DNA of 64,000 bases from Candidatus Heimdallarchaeota archaeon (GCA_011364965.1 RDOB01000001.1:128001-192000); one strand, 5' to 3'. Positions 9,507 through 19,702 are shown, numbered from the stretch's first letter. Made by a program: numbers and translations. Notes: generated from the letters alone by a model not told the origin.

Positions 9507-9585
9507 TTTCGGCAGAATCTCGCAAAACTCGGCGTAACGCGTTGATTGGTGAGATTACACACCAATACGGGCACAATCAAGAATC

Positions 9586-9593
9586 TTTATAAA
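9586..9593 (-). promoter_or_regulatory. TATA box of the 5S rRNA precursor
   Basis: TTTATAAA about 20-25 nt upstream of a leader hairpin (ATTGGTG/CACCAAT) that precedes the processing stem; palindromic, so it could also serve the divergent gene. Confidence 0.55.
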
Positions 9594-9658
9594 TTTACTT
9601 GTCTCTAGTTTATTTACATTAATTTGCTTTAGATATAATATTTCAAGAGATCACCCCA

Positions 9659-10486
9659 ATGGAATGGAGCGACTGGAAAAATAGATATTTGGATATACTT
9701 GAACGCTTAAAAATTAAACAAAAAGATGATGAAGCATCTGCAAAGTTATTAGAACAGCATTTGGAAAGTTTTATGATAATTTCGAGGAGTAGAATTCACC
9801 AAGAACTAGTAAAAATATTTAAAAGGCCAATAATCGTTGCAGGAGCTGGCCCATCTTTAGAATCTGATTTAATTCAAATTAAAAAGCTGGAAATGCAAAA
9901 ATTCGCTCATATAATAACAGCTGATGGTGCTACAACTGCTTTTCGACTAAATAACATTATACCGAAAGTAGTTGTTACAGATCTCGATGGAGAATTAAAA
10001 TCAATTTTTTGGGCTTTAAGAAAAAGAGCTCTTATTCTCATACACGCTCACGGAGATAACCCCCATCTGATTTCGATGTTTTTTAGAAAGTATGGCTCAA
10101 AGTTATATAACGCAATGCTCTGGGGAACCAGTCAAAGTGATCCTGGAAAAACACTTTTTAATTTTGGGGGATTTACTGACGGAGATCGTGCTATATTCCT
10201 TGGATTCCATTTTCAAGCACCTCTAATAGGTCTTATTGGCTTTGATTTTGGAACAAAGATTGGAAAATTTAGTACCTATAAAACTGAATTATTAAATAAA
10301 GATTTGAATCAAAAAATTACGAAACTGAATATTGCAATAGACCTCCTGACGGAATTTTATCCAAAACATAATGGTTTGCGATATAATTTAACTTCATCAG
10401 GTTTCTCAGTTCCAGGATTCCCAAATATCAGTTTTAAAGACTTTCATCAAAAGGTTTTTGAATACAAAATGTCACATGATATATAG
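9659..10486 (+). CDS. mptE: 6-hydroxymethyl-7,8-dihydropterin pyrophosphokinase (MptE-like)
   Basis: GAGPSL, ADGA, VTDLDG, HAHGDN, NFGGFTDGDRA, GFDFG. Confidence 0.85.
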   Translation: MEWSDWKNRYLDILERLKIKQKDDEASAKLLEQHLESFMIISRSRIHQELVKIFKRPIIVAGAGPSLESDLIQIKKLEMQKFAHIITADGATTAFRLNNIIPKVVVTDLDGELKSIFWALRKRALILIHAHGDNPHLISMFFRKYGSKLYNAMLWGTSQSDPGKTLFNFGGFTDGDRAIFLGFHFQAPLIGLIGFDFGTKIGKFSTYKTELLNKDLNQKITKLNIAIDLLTEFYPKHNGLRYNLTSSGFSVPGFPNISFKDFHQKVFEYKMSHDI

Positions 10487-10952
10487 CAGTCTCCCAGAGG
10501 ATAATTTTAATCTTTTCAATATATTTAGCAAATTTTTTCTTTTTGATGGCTTTCACTAGATCCAAAGCGATGGTTTTTGCGAGGATTTCAGCGGTAATGT
10601 TTTTGCACTTCATAAACCTAATATCACTTTTTGGGAAGGAATAGTACCGCTCGCCATATAATACCCCAATATTCGTTTCAGATTCCTTGAATTCTAATTT
10701 TGAATTATTAAGGGGAATTAATGTGTAATGATCCCATTCTAAGACTATTTTTTCTAATAAATCCTCAAGAGAGAGAAAATCAACTATCATATCTTCATTA
10801 TCGATCAGACCGAATATCTCCACTCCGATCCTGTAATTGTGACCATGAAATCCTTCTTCAAATGCCTCACTAACAATTGCATGAGAAGCACTAAAACTAG
10901 AACAAGCGCTATCTAGTATAATTGAGCTTTCGATATTCAATCTTTCTCTCAA
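10434..10952 (-). CDS. 6-pyruvoyl-tetrahydropterin synthase / QueD family protein
   Basis: FSASH, HGHNY, VDF, WDH, TAE, WET motifs. Confidence 0.85.
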   Translation of the reverse strand: MRERLNIESSIILDSACSSFSASHAIVSEAFEEGFHGHNYRIGVEIFGLIDNEDMIVDFLSLEDLLEKIVLEWDHYTLIPLNNSKLEFKESETNIGVLYGERYYSFPKSDIRFMKCKNITAEILAKTIALDLVKAIKKKKFAKYIEKIKIILWETAIYHVTFCIQKPFDESL

Positions 10953-11909
10953 CTACTGGTAAGACAAACCATACCAATCTCCACCTTTCATATCAAGAAA
11001 AGCAGAGATTGCTGCTGTTGTTCCTTCTCCAACTGCAACAGATATTTGTCCCTGACCTGGTGTTATATCCCCACATGCATATACCCTTTGCACATTTGTA
11101 CGCTGCTTATTATCCACTTTAATTAACCCCTCGGGGGTTAATTCGACACCAATTTTCTTAGCCAGTTCATTATTTGGAAGAATACCAATTGCAATGAAAA
11201 TTGCTTTGACTCTAAGAGTTTCTTCTGCACCAGTTTTAACGTTTTGGACTAGTATTTTTTTAATCCCAGTATCTTCAGAGCCCTGTATCTCTTTTACAAT
11301 CGAATCCCAAATCATATCTACTGCTGAATTTTCAAGAATTTGTTTTTGTAGGGATTCTTCTGCACGAAGACGATCACGACGATGTATCAAATAAGTTTTA
11401 AGAACAACATTGTCTAAATATAATGCTTCAGTTACTGCAGAATTTCCTCCTCCAACCACAGCTACTTTTTTACCTCTATAAAGCGGGCCATCGCATGTTG
11501 CACAGTATGATACTCCCTTGCCTTCAAATTCAGTCTCACCAGGGATATCAAGATGTCGATGATTAGTTCCTGTTGCTAAAATCACCACTTTAGTCTGAAA
11601 AATCCCTGTTGAAGAGACCACTTCCATTGGAACTTTATCTGTTTTTATATCTACTACTTCAACAAGCTCTCTAATCTCTGCTCCAAATTTCTCAGCTTGT
11701 GCCTTTAAACGTTGAGCAAACTCCATTCCAGAGATTTCAGAAAATCCGGGATAGTTTTCGATAATAGGAGTGGTCGCTGCTAATCCTCCTACCGCCTCTT
11801 TGTCTAGTACTAATACTTTCCAGCCCATTCTTGATCCATATATGGCTGCAGCCATACCTGCGGGTCCAGCTCCAACCACAATCATGTCATATTTGGATTC
11901 TGTGCTCAT
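10953..11909 (-). CDS. trxB: Thioredoxin-disulfide reductase
   Basis: GAGPAG, GVSYCATCDG, GGGNSA, HRRD, GDIT. Confidence 0.95.
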   Translation of the reverse strand: MSTESKYDMIVVGAGPAGMAAAIYGSRMGWKVLVLDKEAVGGLAATTPIIENYPGFSEISGMEFAQRLKAQAEKFGAEIRELVEVVDIKTDKVPMEVVSSTGIFQTKVVILATGTNHRHLDIPGETEFEGKGVSYCATCDGPLYRGKKVAVVGGGNSAVTEALYLDNVVLKTYLIHRRDRLRAEESLQKQILENSAVDMIWDSIVKEIQGSEDTGIKKILVQNVKTGAEETLRVKAIFIAIGILPNNELAKKIGVELTPEGLIKVDNKQRTNVQRVYACGDITPGQGQISVAVGEGTTAAISAFLDMKGGDWYGLSYQ

Positions 11910-12374
11910 CCAATTTCATCTCGGGAAGGGTGACTTAAAGGTGACCTTTAAGATATGTTGCATTTTGCTAAATATTAACCTTTTGTGAAGCAAAAATAAA
12001 GAGAGATTATACTTGAATAATCGATTGCAATGAATTATAGTACATCTAAGAAAACAGGAGTGCTACTAAGACAAGCTGGAGGATTCTTTGGTTCATTTGA
12101 TCCATTTATTCAGCAATCTGATAATTTAATAATATTAACATATTAGATATTTATATTCTATTCTGAAATACACTTCATTCCATTTTTTTTGCTTATAGTA
12201 ATCTTTATTTCATTAAAGAAAGGATTATTTAGTTATACCATTTGAATATATATTTAATATAAATTACACCAAATGCAAGCGTCATTCAGCTAGCTATGAA
12301 CTCTTATATATTCCTTAATAAATAGTTCAATTAAATTAGTGCACTTTTCTTAGTTAAAATGGTCGTTTCTACAA

Positions 12375-14993
12375 ATGGAAATACTTGAAGCTTCCACTTC
12401 TGAAATATCTTTTCAAATACAGAGAGGAGACGCAATTTTTCATGAACAGGATTTCATTTTGGTGACAGAAGGAGAAACAGATAAAGAGAAGCAATTTATA
12501 GCTCAAATTTCAAAATTAGTGCAGACAGAACCAGACAAAATACGTGGAAACGCAATAATACTTGGTGAAATAGATTTCAATAGCTATAATCTACAAGCTT
12601 GTCGATTTCCGATCTCCATTCATGCAAAACTCACTCATCCGCCTCCGGGACTGATTTCAAAGGTGTTATCATACCGTGGGGAGGATGGAATCTATTTAGG
12701 GGATGTTGTTACTTATGAAAATAAATCTGATTCATTTTTAATATCACCAGAATTCATGGAACGGCATGTCCTTTGCGTTGCAAGTACAGGTGCAGGAAAA
12801 TCCTACACTATAGGAGTAATTTTAGAAGAACTCTTGCTTAAAACTCAAGGAGTAGCGATAGTCCTTTTCGATATCCATAATGAGTATTGGGGATTAATCG
12901 AGCCTAATGAAGGGCCAGAGACAAAAAACCTCACCTTTGATTCATATAAACCTAGAGGATTTCCCGAAAATATTATGATTTTTGATAAAGAAGTTCTTTC
13001 GCTAGGTAAACTTGTTGATTTACCAAGATTACGTAGAATTCTTGATCTGACTCCTGCACAGGAAAACTCCCTGGTCAATATTATTAAAAATCCAATCCCA
13101 TTAGAAGACTTGATATCACTTATTGAATCGTCCAATATTCATTCTTCCACACGAGAGAATTTAATTTTAAAAATAAATTCGCTAATCGCACTTAATCTTT
13201 TCCAAAATGGATTGGATATTAAATCTTTGGGAAAAGCAGGACAAATATCAATTATTCGTCTTGATGAGTTTATAGATGAACGAAAGCGGGATTTAGTTGT
13301 CAATGAAATATTGAATCACATATTTGAGAAGAAAATTCATGGGGATTTACCTAGAGAAAGTGATATCGTTATTGTTGTAGAAGAGGCTCATCGTTATGCT
13401 AAATCAAGCGAAATTCTTGCCAGAATAGCCCGCGAGGGACGCAAATTCGGTATTTATGAAATATTGATTTCTCAAAGACCAGGTGATCTCCCTGATAATA
13501 TTATTGCCAATATGAATACCCTTATCGCCCTAAGAATTCGATCTGATAAAGATATCAGCAAAATTAGAATGATGGAAGGAATCAGCTCTGATACTGTATC
13601 TATCCTTCCACATTTAGATAAAGGAGAAGCCCTTTTAGTGGGTCATCACGGTGCTACAAGTCGTCCATTGAAAATAAATATTCGTCCACGATTAACAAAG
13701 CATGTGGACCCCCAAAAGGACATTATGCCGTTCTATACTCCGTTTTTTAAGAATAAAGGCAAATCTGACGAATTTAGTGTTGATGAAATCCCATTACAAC
13801 CTACAGAAGTTGAAGACCTAATTATAAATGACGATGAGTTATTTTCGTCAAAATTAGAGGCATTTACTTACATGGATCTAACAAACCTGTTATCTTGTCA
13901 ACACATTTTAATTCAACATAAAAATACTGGAATTTGTCTCTTTGATTTAGGAACTACAATGTTAAAAATTGATGCTCAGTTAGTATCGGGTTTCTTGAGT
14001 GCTATATCTGGATTATTTAGTGAATTGAAGAATAAGACACCAGTTAAAGATCGGACAATTGTTCGTATGTTCACTGAAGAGATTGGAGACAGAGCATTTG
14101 AAATATTAACTGTAGAAGGTTCATATTCGATTTTAGCTATTATCTTGAATCGTAAACCAAAATATTTGGGTCATTTCAAACGAAAAGTAAGAAATTTTAT
14201 TTATGCGTTTGAAAAAAGATACAAAACCACACTCAAAGACTTTGTTGGTGTTCTTGATGATTTTCAGAGTACTTATGAATTGCTTGATCAGTTTCTGGGT
14301 TTATCCCTCCAAACACCCTTAGTTTTGAACTCAGAATTCAAGGATGTTCAATCTTATCCTATAGTATTGAATATTATTACGAATTTAAGCGAACAGCTAG
14401 CTCAATCAGAAGGGATTTTTCTTGAAGAAATAGTCAATCAATGCCTTCTAGATTCAGAATATAATTATCGTGAGATAGCGGAAATACTAATCTCTTTACT
14501 TGAAGAGAAAGCTCTTATACTTGCTGATAGTTCTCGGAAGGTTCCTCCTGTCAGTACTAGAGAAGATTTAATGTTTATAGGTACATCCGAAACGGAAGAA
14601 ATAAAAGTAGAGCTCAATAATGATGTGGTAGATGCTCAAAACCTAGATGAAATTGATACTCATGAACAAGAACTACGGATTAAGGATATATTTTCCGAGT
14701 GTCAGGTTCATTCATTATCTGCTGGACTGAAACGAGATATTTTAACCCGTGATTTTATTTTTGAATCAAAAGTTCAAGTTAAAACTGAAACTACAAAAAC
14801 TGAAGTCCTTAGTAAAACAGATTTGTTAAAATGGATTAAAAAAATACTAGAAAAAGGTTTTGTACTTCATGAAGTCTTGGAAAACCCTTTGAAAGGAAAA
14901 AAACTCCTTTTTCGATCAGAATATGGAGCGGCAGCTCTTTCCATCGCATTAATCTCAGATGATGAGTTTATAATTATATTCGGTGAGTTTTAG
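12375..14993 (+). CDS. HerA/FtsK-family ATPase with a C-terminal longin-like domain
   Basis: HVLCVASTGAGKS, FDIHNEY, VVEEAH, REGRKFG, SQRP; later DAQLVSGFLSAISGLFSEL (Asgard longin-like pattern). Confidence 0.8.
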   Translation: MEILEASTSEISFQIQRGDAIFHEQDFILVTEGETDKEKQFIAQISKLVQTEPDKIRGNAIILGEIDFNSYNLQACRFPISIHAKLTHPPPGLISKVLSYRGEDGIYLGDVVTYENKSDSFLISPEFMERHVLCVASTGAGKSYTIGVILEELLLKTQGVAIVLFDIHNEYWGLIEPNEGPETKNLTFDSYKPRGFPENIMIFDKEVLSLGKLVDLPRLRRILDLTPAQENSLVNIIKNPIPLEDLISLIESSNIHSSTRENLILKINSLIALNLFQNGLDIKSLGKAGQISIIRLDEFIDERKRDLVVNEILNHIFEKKIHGDLPRESDIVIVVEEAHRYAKSSEILARIAREGRKFGIYEILISQRPGDLPDNIIANMNTLIALRIRSDKDISKIRMMEGISSDTVSILPHLDKGEALLVGHHGATSRPLKINIRPRLTKHVDPQKDIMPFYTPFFKNKGKSDEFSVDEIPLQPTEVEDLIINDDELFSSKLEAFTYMDLTNLLSCQHILIQHKNTGICLFDLGTTMLKIDAQLVSGFLSAISGLFSELKNKTPVKDRTIVRMFTEEIGDRAFEILTVEGSYSILAIILNRKPKYLGHFKRKVRNFIYAFEKRYKTTLKDFVGVLDDFQSTYELLDQFLGLSLQTPLVLNSEFKDVQSYPIVLNIITNLSEQLAQSEGIFLEEIVNQCLLDSEYNYREIAEILISLLEEKALILADSSRKVPPVSTREDLMFIGTSETEEIKVELNNDVVDAQNLDEIDTHEQELRIKDIFSECQVHSLSAGLKRDILTRDFIFESKVQVKTETTKTEVLSKTDLLKWIKKILEKGFVLHEVLENPLKGKKLLFRSEYGAAALSIALISDDEFIIIFGEF

Positions 14994-14999
14994 AGAAAT

Positions 15000-17561
15000 T
15001 TATGCTCCACTAGAAAACATCTCATCAATTACTTCTGTTTCAGGTTTGAAAACATCTAGGTCTCCAAGCCAAACTGGTAGTACTTTAAGGTACTTAAGTT
15101 CGAATTGTTTTAAATAATCACTTAGCTTTCTACGGAGCTCTGTGGATGTACTATCTGCAAATATTGCAGCAAAAACCCATTTTGCATACTCAATCGTAAG
15201 TACGACATCTCCATGATCGATTGTTTTTAATAATTGCTCGCTTCTTACAGCTTCCTTAGCAAAAGATGTTATTGCAGAGAAAAGTCCAGCCACCAAAGCA
15301 GGTTCTACTTGAGATTCTGCTGCAAAATTATGTGCCAAAACTGCTCGTCCATCTAACATCATAATATGTAGTGAATCGATAGTTACTTCCTCATAACAAT
15401 ATGAAAATTCACGATGTTTCAAGGTGACTAAGTATTTTATTGGGATATTCAAATCAAATGTCAAATGATCCAAAATTTGGTGGATTTTCCTTAAGTCGAA
15501 TCCTGTTGTCTTTGATAAGTCATAAAAAGTCATTAAACCATCTTTAAGTGCTTCTTTTATCTGAGGTGCGTTTTCAACTTTTAACCACGCATTTTCTACT
15601 GCATTTAAAATATCAGGATTATTTAGAGAACTCAAACTAATGAGAATTATATCAGATTTTTTCTTAAGTTCATTTAAGCTTGGGAGTCGCGAAATATCAC
15701 AGAATATCGATTTGTAAAACAATTTTTCCTCCCCTTCTTCAAAACCTTTTTGCGTACTAACGGTGAATTTTCGTTTAAATAGGAAAATCAAGGATCCATA
15801 AGTCATAATGATTGCAAAAGGATGAAAGAGATTGTAAGGAATTGAAAGGATACCTAGAAATGCACCTCCAGTTCCTCTCCAAACCACTGGAATCTGATAT
15901 AGTTCTGGAACTATAAACGCTATACCTTCATAATAGCCAATTTTCCACACGGAGGTTAGCCACTTCAAATTAACTGCGGTAACTGTAATGAAAGGAGATA
16001 TTAACGGAGTTCCCCCATAATTTGGAAACACCGAGTTAGCAGGGAAACCTAAAAGCTGATATAATTGTAATCCATACCATTCATTAATTAATAGGCTAAC
16101 TGAGAAGATAGAAAGGTAAGTTAAAACTGCAGTTCCAATAATACTCCAATTCCACCTCCTTATGAATAAAATTAACATAGCACTGATTAAAAAGGTAGCA
16201 TAATTTTGAGTAAACCAGAAAAATGTATCATATTGAACAGTGTTAATATTTATAAAAATTCCAGAAATAAAAACTCTATAAGTAAGAAATCCAATAGCAA
16301 GAAAGAAGCCTACCACAACACCTGTTCCAAAGGACTTCAGAGTGTTGGCTAAACTTATTCTTCGAAGAGTTTTTCTAAATTGTTTAAAGGATTCAATTAA
16401 TTTTATCAAAAGATAGATAGAAAAGGGTTCAAAAATATCAAGGAAGAGTACGAAGAAAATTGATACCATAATAAAATATACTACAAAAAATGAAATAACA
16501 AAAATCTGATTTATATATTGCACTAGAAATAAAATCACTGCTAATCCAGACATAAATGCTCCAACGGTTGAAAGACTTTGCACCATCGTTACATATAACT
16601 GATTACCAAGAAATTTCCCCTTTCTTGAAAGATGACTTGCTTTAATTAAATAAACACTAAATACAAGGGTAGCAATGTATGCAAAGTAAATCTCAAGAAA
16701 CCAACCCATGGAAGTTCCTTGAAGCAAGCTAGGATTTTCATATTCGCCCAATAATTGTAAGATTGTCATCAATAGAAACAAAGTTATAGGTAATATTGCG
16801 ATTAGAACTTTTAATAATTCCCTTTCATTACTCCAATCCTTCTGTTTTACTCTTTTCGTGATTTCTTGGAATGGGGAAGTTTCCATTTCGAATTGCACTT
16901 CTTGAAGTCGCTGGACAACATTGCGAATTTGGGAGAGCTGCCCATTTAACTCTGTATTTTCTTTTATTAATTCATTTATCTGGTATTCAATATTTTGTTG
17001 ATCATTACTTGTTTTCAGCTGTTTTTGAAGTTCTTTTATCTGTTCAGCATTTTCTTTTATCAGCCTTTTAATAGGCTTTCTTTCAGCTCTCTGTTCGCCC
17101 CAAGTTTGATATAAAATGATAAAGAGTGAAAAAATTGGTGATATTCCAAACACAAAAGCTAAAATCACAATTGGATATGTTAAATATATCACAATCGAGT
17201 TGAGAAAGTGTTGAAACAAATATTTTATTAATAGTGGAACAGGGATATAAATAGTACCGAATCGTACAATTGCAGCTGAATCCCAAATAGTACTATAGCT
17301 ATTAGTACCTGGAACTGGATAAAATTCTTGATCTAAATATCCTGTGGGATTGGGTACAAATGAGTTAAGTATGCTAGGGAAAATAAAGTAACAGATATAA
17401 AATACGATGAATCCTAAATATGCACGATTGAAAATAGTTGCAGCTAAGTTCTCATCCTTCCGACGGGTAAAGAGATATGGAAAGAAGGGGATAATTATTG
17501 GTGTTAAAGTTAATACGATTGAAGCAACTAAATTTAATGAATCTGCTTGAACTACTGACAT
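15000..17561 (-). CDS. Polytopic membrane protein with a cytoplasmic coiled coil and a C-terminal longin-like domain
   Basis: About 10-12 hydrophobic segments; C-terminal HIMMLDGRAVLAHNF...EPALVAGLFSAITSFAKE...IDHGDVVLTIEY. Confidence 0.7.
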   Translation of the reverse strand: MSVVQADSLNLVASIVLTLTPIIIPFFPYLFTRRKDENLAATIFNRAYLGFIVFYICYFIFPSILNSFVPNPTGYLDQEFYPVPGTNSYSTIWDSAAIVRFGTIYIPVPLLIKYLFQHFLNSIVIYLTYPIVILAFVFGISPIFSLFIILYQTWGEQRAERKPIKRLIKENAEQIKELQKQLKTSNDQQNIEYQINELIKENTELNGQLSQIRNVVQRLQEVQFEMETSPFQEITKRVKQKDWSNERELLKVLIAILPITLFLLMTILQLLGEYENPSLLQGTSMGWFLEIYFAYIATLVFSVYLIKASHLSRKGKFLGNQLYVTMVQSLSTVGAFMSGLAVILFLVQYINQIFVISFFVVYFIMVSIFFVLFLDIFEPFSIYLLIKLIESFKQFRKTLRRISLANTLKSFGTGVVVGFFLAIGFLTYRVFISGIFININTVQYDTFFWFTQNYATFLISAMLILFIRRWNWSIIGTAVLTYLSIFSVSLLINEWYGLQLYQLLGFPANSVFPNYGGTPLISPFITVTAVNLKWLTSVWKIGYYEGIAFIVPELYQIPVVWRGTGGAFLGILSIPYNLFHPFAIIMTYGSLIFLFKRKFTVSTQKGFEEGEEKLFYKSIFCDISRLPSLNELKKKSDIILISLSSLNNPDILNAVENAWLKVENAPQIKEALKDGLMTFYDLSKTTGFDLRKIHQILDHLTFDLNIPIKYLVTLKHREFSYCYEEVTIDSLHIMMLDGRAVLAHNFAAESQVEPALVAGLFSAITSFAKEAVRSEQLLKTIDHGDVVLTIEYAKWVFAAIFADSTSTELRRKLSDYLKQFELKYLKVLPVWLGDLDVFKPETEVIDEMFSSGA

Positions 17562-17801
17562 CTTAAAACCAATCCTTGGATAAAAATGTACTCAAGTTTA
17601 ATGTGTACCTCTTCGTCATTTATACCATTAATAAGCCTTCTTTTTCTCAGTGTCAATCGTTGGCTGATACCAATCTTAGGATTTACAAGTAGGAATTATT
17701 AGCTTAAAATTGACCAAATCTGATTATAAAACTATTTTTAAAAGAATTAGCAGAAAAAAAGAAATTATATAGAAAAGAAAAAAAAAGGGGAGAGAAGAAG
17801 C

Positions 17802-19547
17802 TTATCTTCTTCTTTTACGATAAATTGCATATAATGGAGGTAGAGCTAAAAAGGTTGAGATTAATTCAAATCCAGGGATTGCTCCAAATCCATTTCCAGG
17901 TGGTGTACCAGTATCCGAAGTGTCATCAACAGCTAAAGCAGCAACAGCAGAGTAGGCTGGATCATGATAAATTTCACCACCATACCACTCGGAGAATTCA
18001 GTGAAAGTGAAATAGAGGATAGAAGACACATAAACATCAGCTGTTCCGGCCATTGAGAAAGTATCACTTAATTCGTAAGCTAAGAATTTAGTGAAACCAT
18101 AAGCATAGGCAAATTCAACAGCAAAATATTCTCGGGCAACATTAGTAATAACCCAAGTATCCGAGGGAGTGAATGGGATAATATAAACCGGACGATCCGC
18201 ATTAGGGTCAATTCCCCAAAGATCAAAGAGGCCTTTAAGTTTGTAGGTATTTTTATTAGTAAATTCTGTGAAGAAGAAGGTATTGCCACCTGTTACTAAA
18301 TCAATGGTCCGGCTAGTCTCATTTTCTAGCTGATTATTAACTGAAGGATCTTCCGCTAATGAAATTCCGAATGTGGTGGTAGCTGTAGCTACAGTTAATC
18401 CAAATCCGTTAGCCATTCGCATACGAGCCTTAGCATCATCATCCAAATAGAAAGCCATTTCATTTAAGGTTACAGTGACTGCGCTAGGGAGTGGTGCTGG
18501 AAGACCAGTTGAGAAACCAGCAAGATCATCAGGAACATCGAATGTATAAGAAGGAGCAGCTACAAATGGGGTATGATTCCAATCTGCAGTAGGTAACGTA
18601 TTTTCATTTATTACTAGAAAATTGGTTTCCCCGATATTATAATGAGTTGTCACTGTACCCAGTACGTATTTATTAGCACCTATCATTTCTTGAGTTTTAA
18701 ATTCATAGTCAAAACTAATATAATCAAGAACACTAGCTGCAACAATATCCCTGCCATATATGATTCCACGAGTATCATCTTGGATATATTGACTACCTGC
18801 GCCAAAGATATCGACACCAGTCGGTGCTACACCTATTTCTTGCCATAAAACAAACATATTCTCGTATCTGATCCCGAATTTGTAGACATCACCCACTTTT
18901 TCAAAAGAGGAAGAATAATCAAAGTGTCCAATTCGATAATCATGCATATTATCTTCTAAAACTCCATTAACAGCATCAACTAATTCTTGGATGCTAAATG
19001 TATAACCTAAGTAAAGCTTGTCTTCGGAATCCATTATTCGATCATTTGGGTCAGATGAATAAGCAATTAGTGCCATGAAGTTGTTTGTTACAAATACATC
19101 TTGATCTTCAGGAGTTTTGAAGTGTTGTACTAGCTGTTGAAATGGTGCAGTTGCATTGACATGAAAAATTGTTGTATCCAAAGGACCTGGATAATAGGGA
19201 TGCAAGATATCATATACTGCATCGTCAAGCAATTCTCCAAAGGTTATGTCGTGCTCCATCTTTTCTAGTGCAGAAAAAGCAGTTTCTATTCCACTATCGT
19301 TCATATATGCCATGTAGAACTGATGATCTTCAAATTCATCAGTATCTCCAGTTGCTGCGCCAGGATTAATTAGATCCTTAATTAAGTCAGGATTTGATGG
19401 ATCAGGGACAGCGAGATCTACTTCTATAGCAAAATATTCTTCGCTAAAAGTATGACCTCCAAACTCTGTGGCTTGAACTGAAGTGGTAAAAGTAAGGAGA
19501 AACAGTAAGGTTATTACTGAAATTCCTATCAAAATTTTCCTTTTCAT
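17802..19547 (-). CDS. Secreted acidic cell-surface (S-layer-like) protein with a PGF-CTERM-type sorting signal
   Basis: Signal peptide MKRKILIG...VQA; C-terminal IPGF + TM helix + RKRRR; GGTGA RBS. Confidence 0.75.
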   Translation of the reverse strand: MKRKILIGISVITLLFLLTFTTSVQATEFGGHTFSEEYFAIEVDLAVPDPSNPDLIKDLINPGAATGDTDEFEDHQFYMAYMNDSGIETAFSALEKMEHDITFGELLDDAVYDILHPYYPGPLDTTIFHVNATAPFQQLVQHFKTPEDQDVFVTNNFMALIAYSSDPNDRIMDSEDKLYLGYTFSIQELVDAVNGVLEDNMHDYRIGHFDYSSSFEKVGDVYKFGIRYENMFVLWQEIGVAPTGVDIFGAGSQYIQDDTRGIIYGRDIVAASVLDYISFDYEFKTQEMIGANKYVLGTVTTHYNIGETNFLVINENTLPTADWNHTPFVAAPSYTFDVPDDLAGFSTGLPAPLPSAVTVTLNEMAFYLDDDAKARMRMANGFGLTVATATTTFGISLAEDPSVNNQLENETSRTIDLVTGGNTFFFTEFTNKNTYKLKGLFDLWGIDPNADRPVYIIPFTPSDTWVITNVAREYFAVEFAYAYGFTKFLAYELSDTFSMAGTADVYVSSILYFTFTEFSEWYGGEIYHDPAYSAVAALAVDDTSDTGTPPGNGFGAIPGFELISTFLALPPLYAIYRKRRR

Positions 19548-19672
19548 TATTATATCACCATTAATGTAACACTAACTAGAAAATCTATCCGAGAATCACC
19601 TAATGGATAGTTCGAGTGTTATGTCTAAGATTAATGCATCTATTCCCCCTTTTAAAAATGTATGAAATGAAC

Positions 19673-19702
19673 TTCAGCATTTCTTTACCAATTCATGCTG
19701 AA
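19673..19702. promoter_or_regulatory. Inverted repeat, candidate transcription-factor site upstream of the surface-protein promoter
   Basis: TTCAGCAT-N14-ATGCTGAA, about 15 bp upstream of a TTTTAAAA TATA-like box (19650-19657) for the minus-strand gene. Confidence 0.45.

Noticed and set aside
9358-9570. SRP RNA or tandem 5S fragments as alternative explanations
   Set aside because: No SRP helix-8 motif is present. The two 5S halves are non-redundant, sum to one complete molecule, and are bracketed by complementary flanks, which argues against decayed tandem copies.
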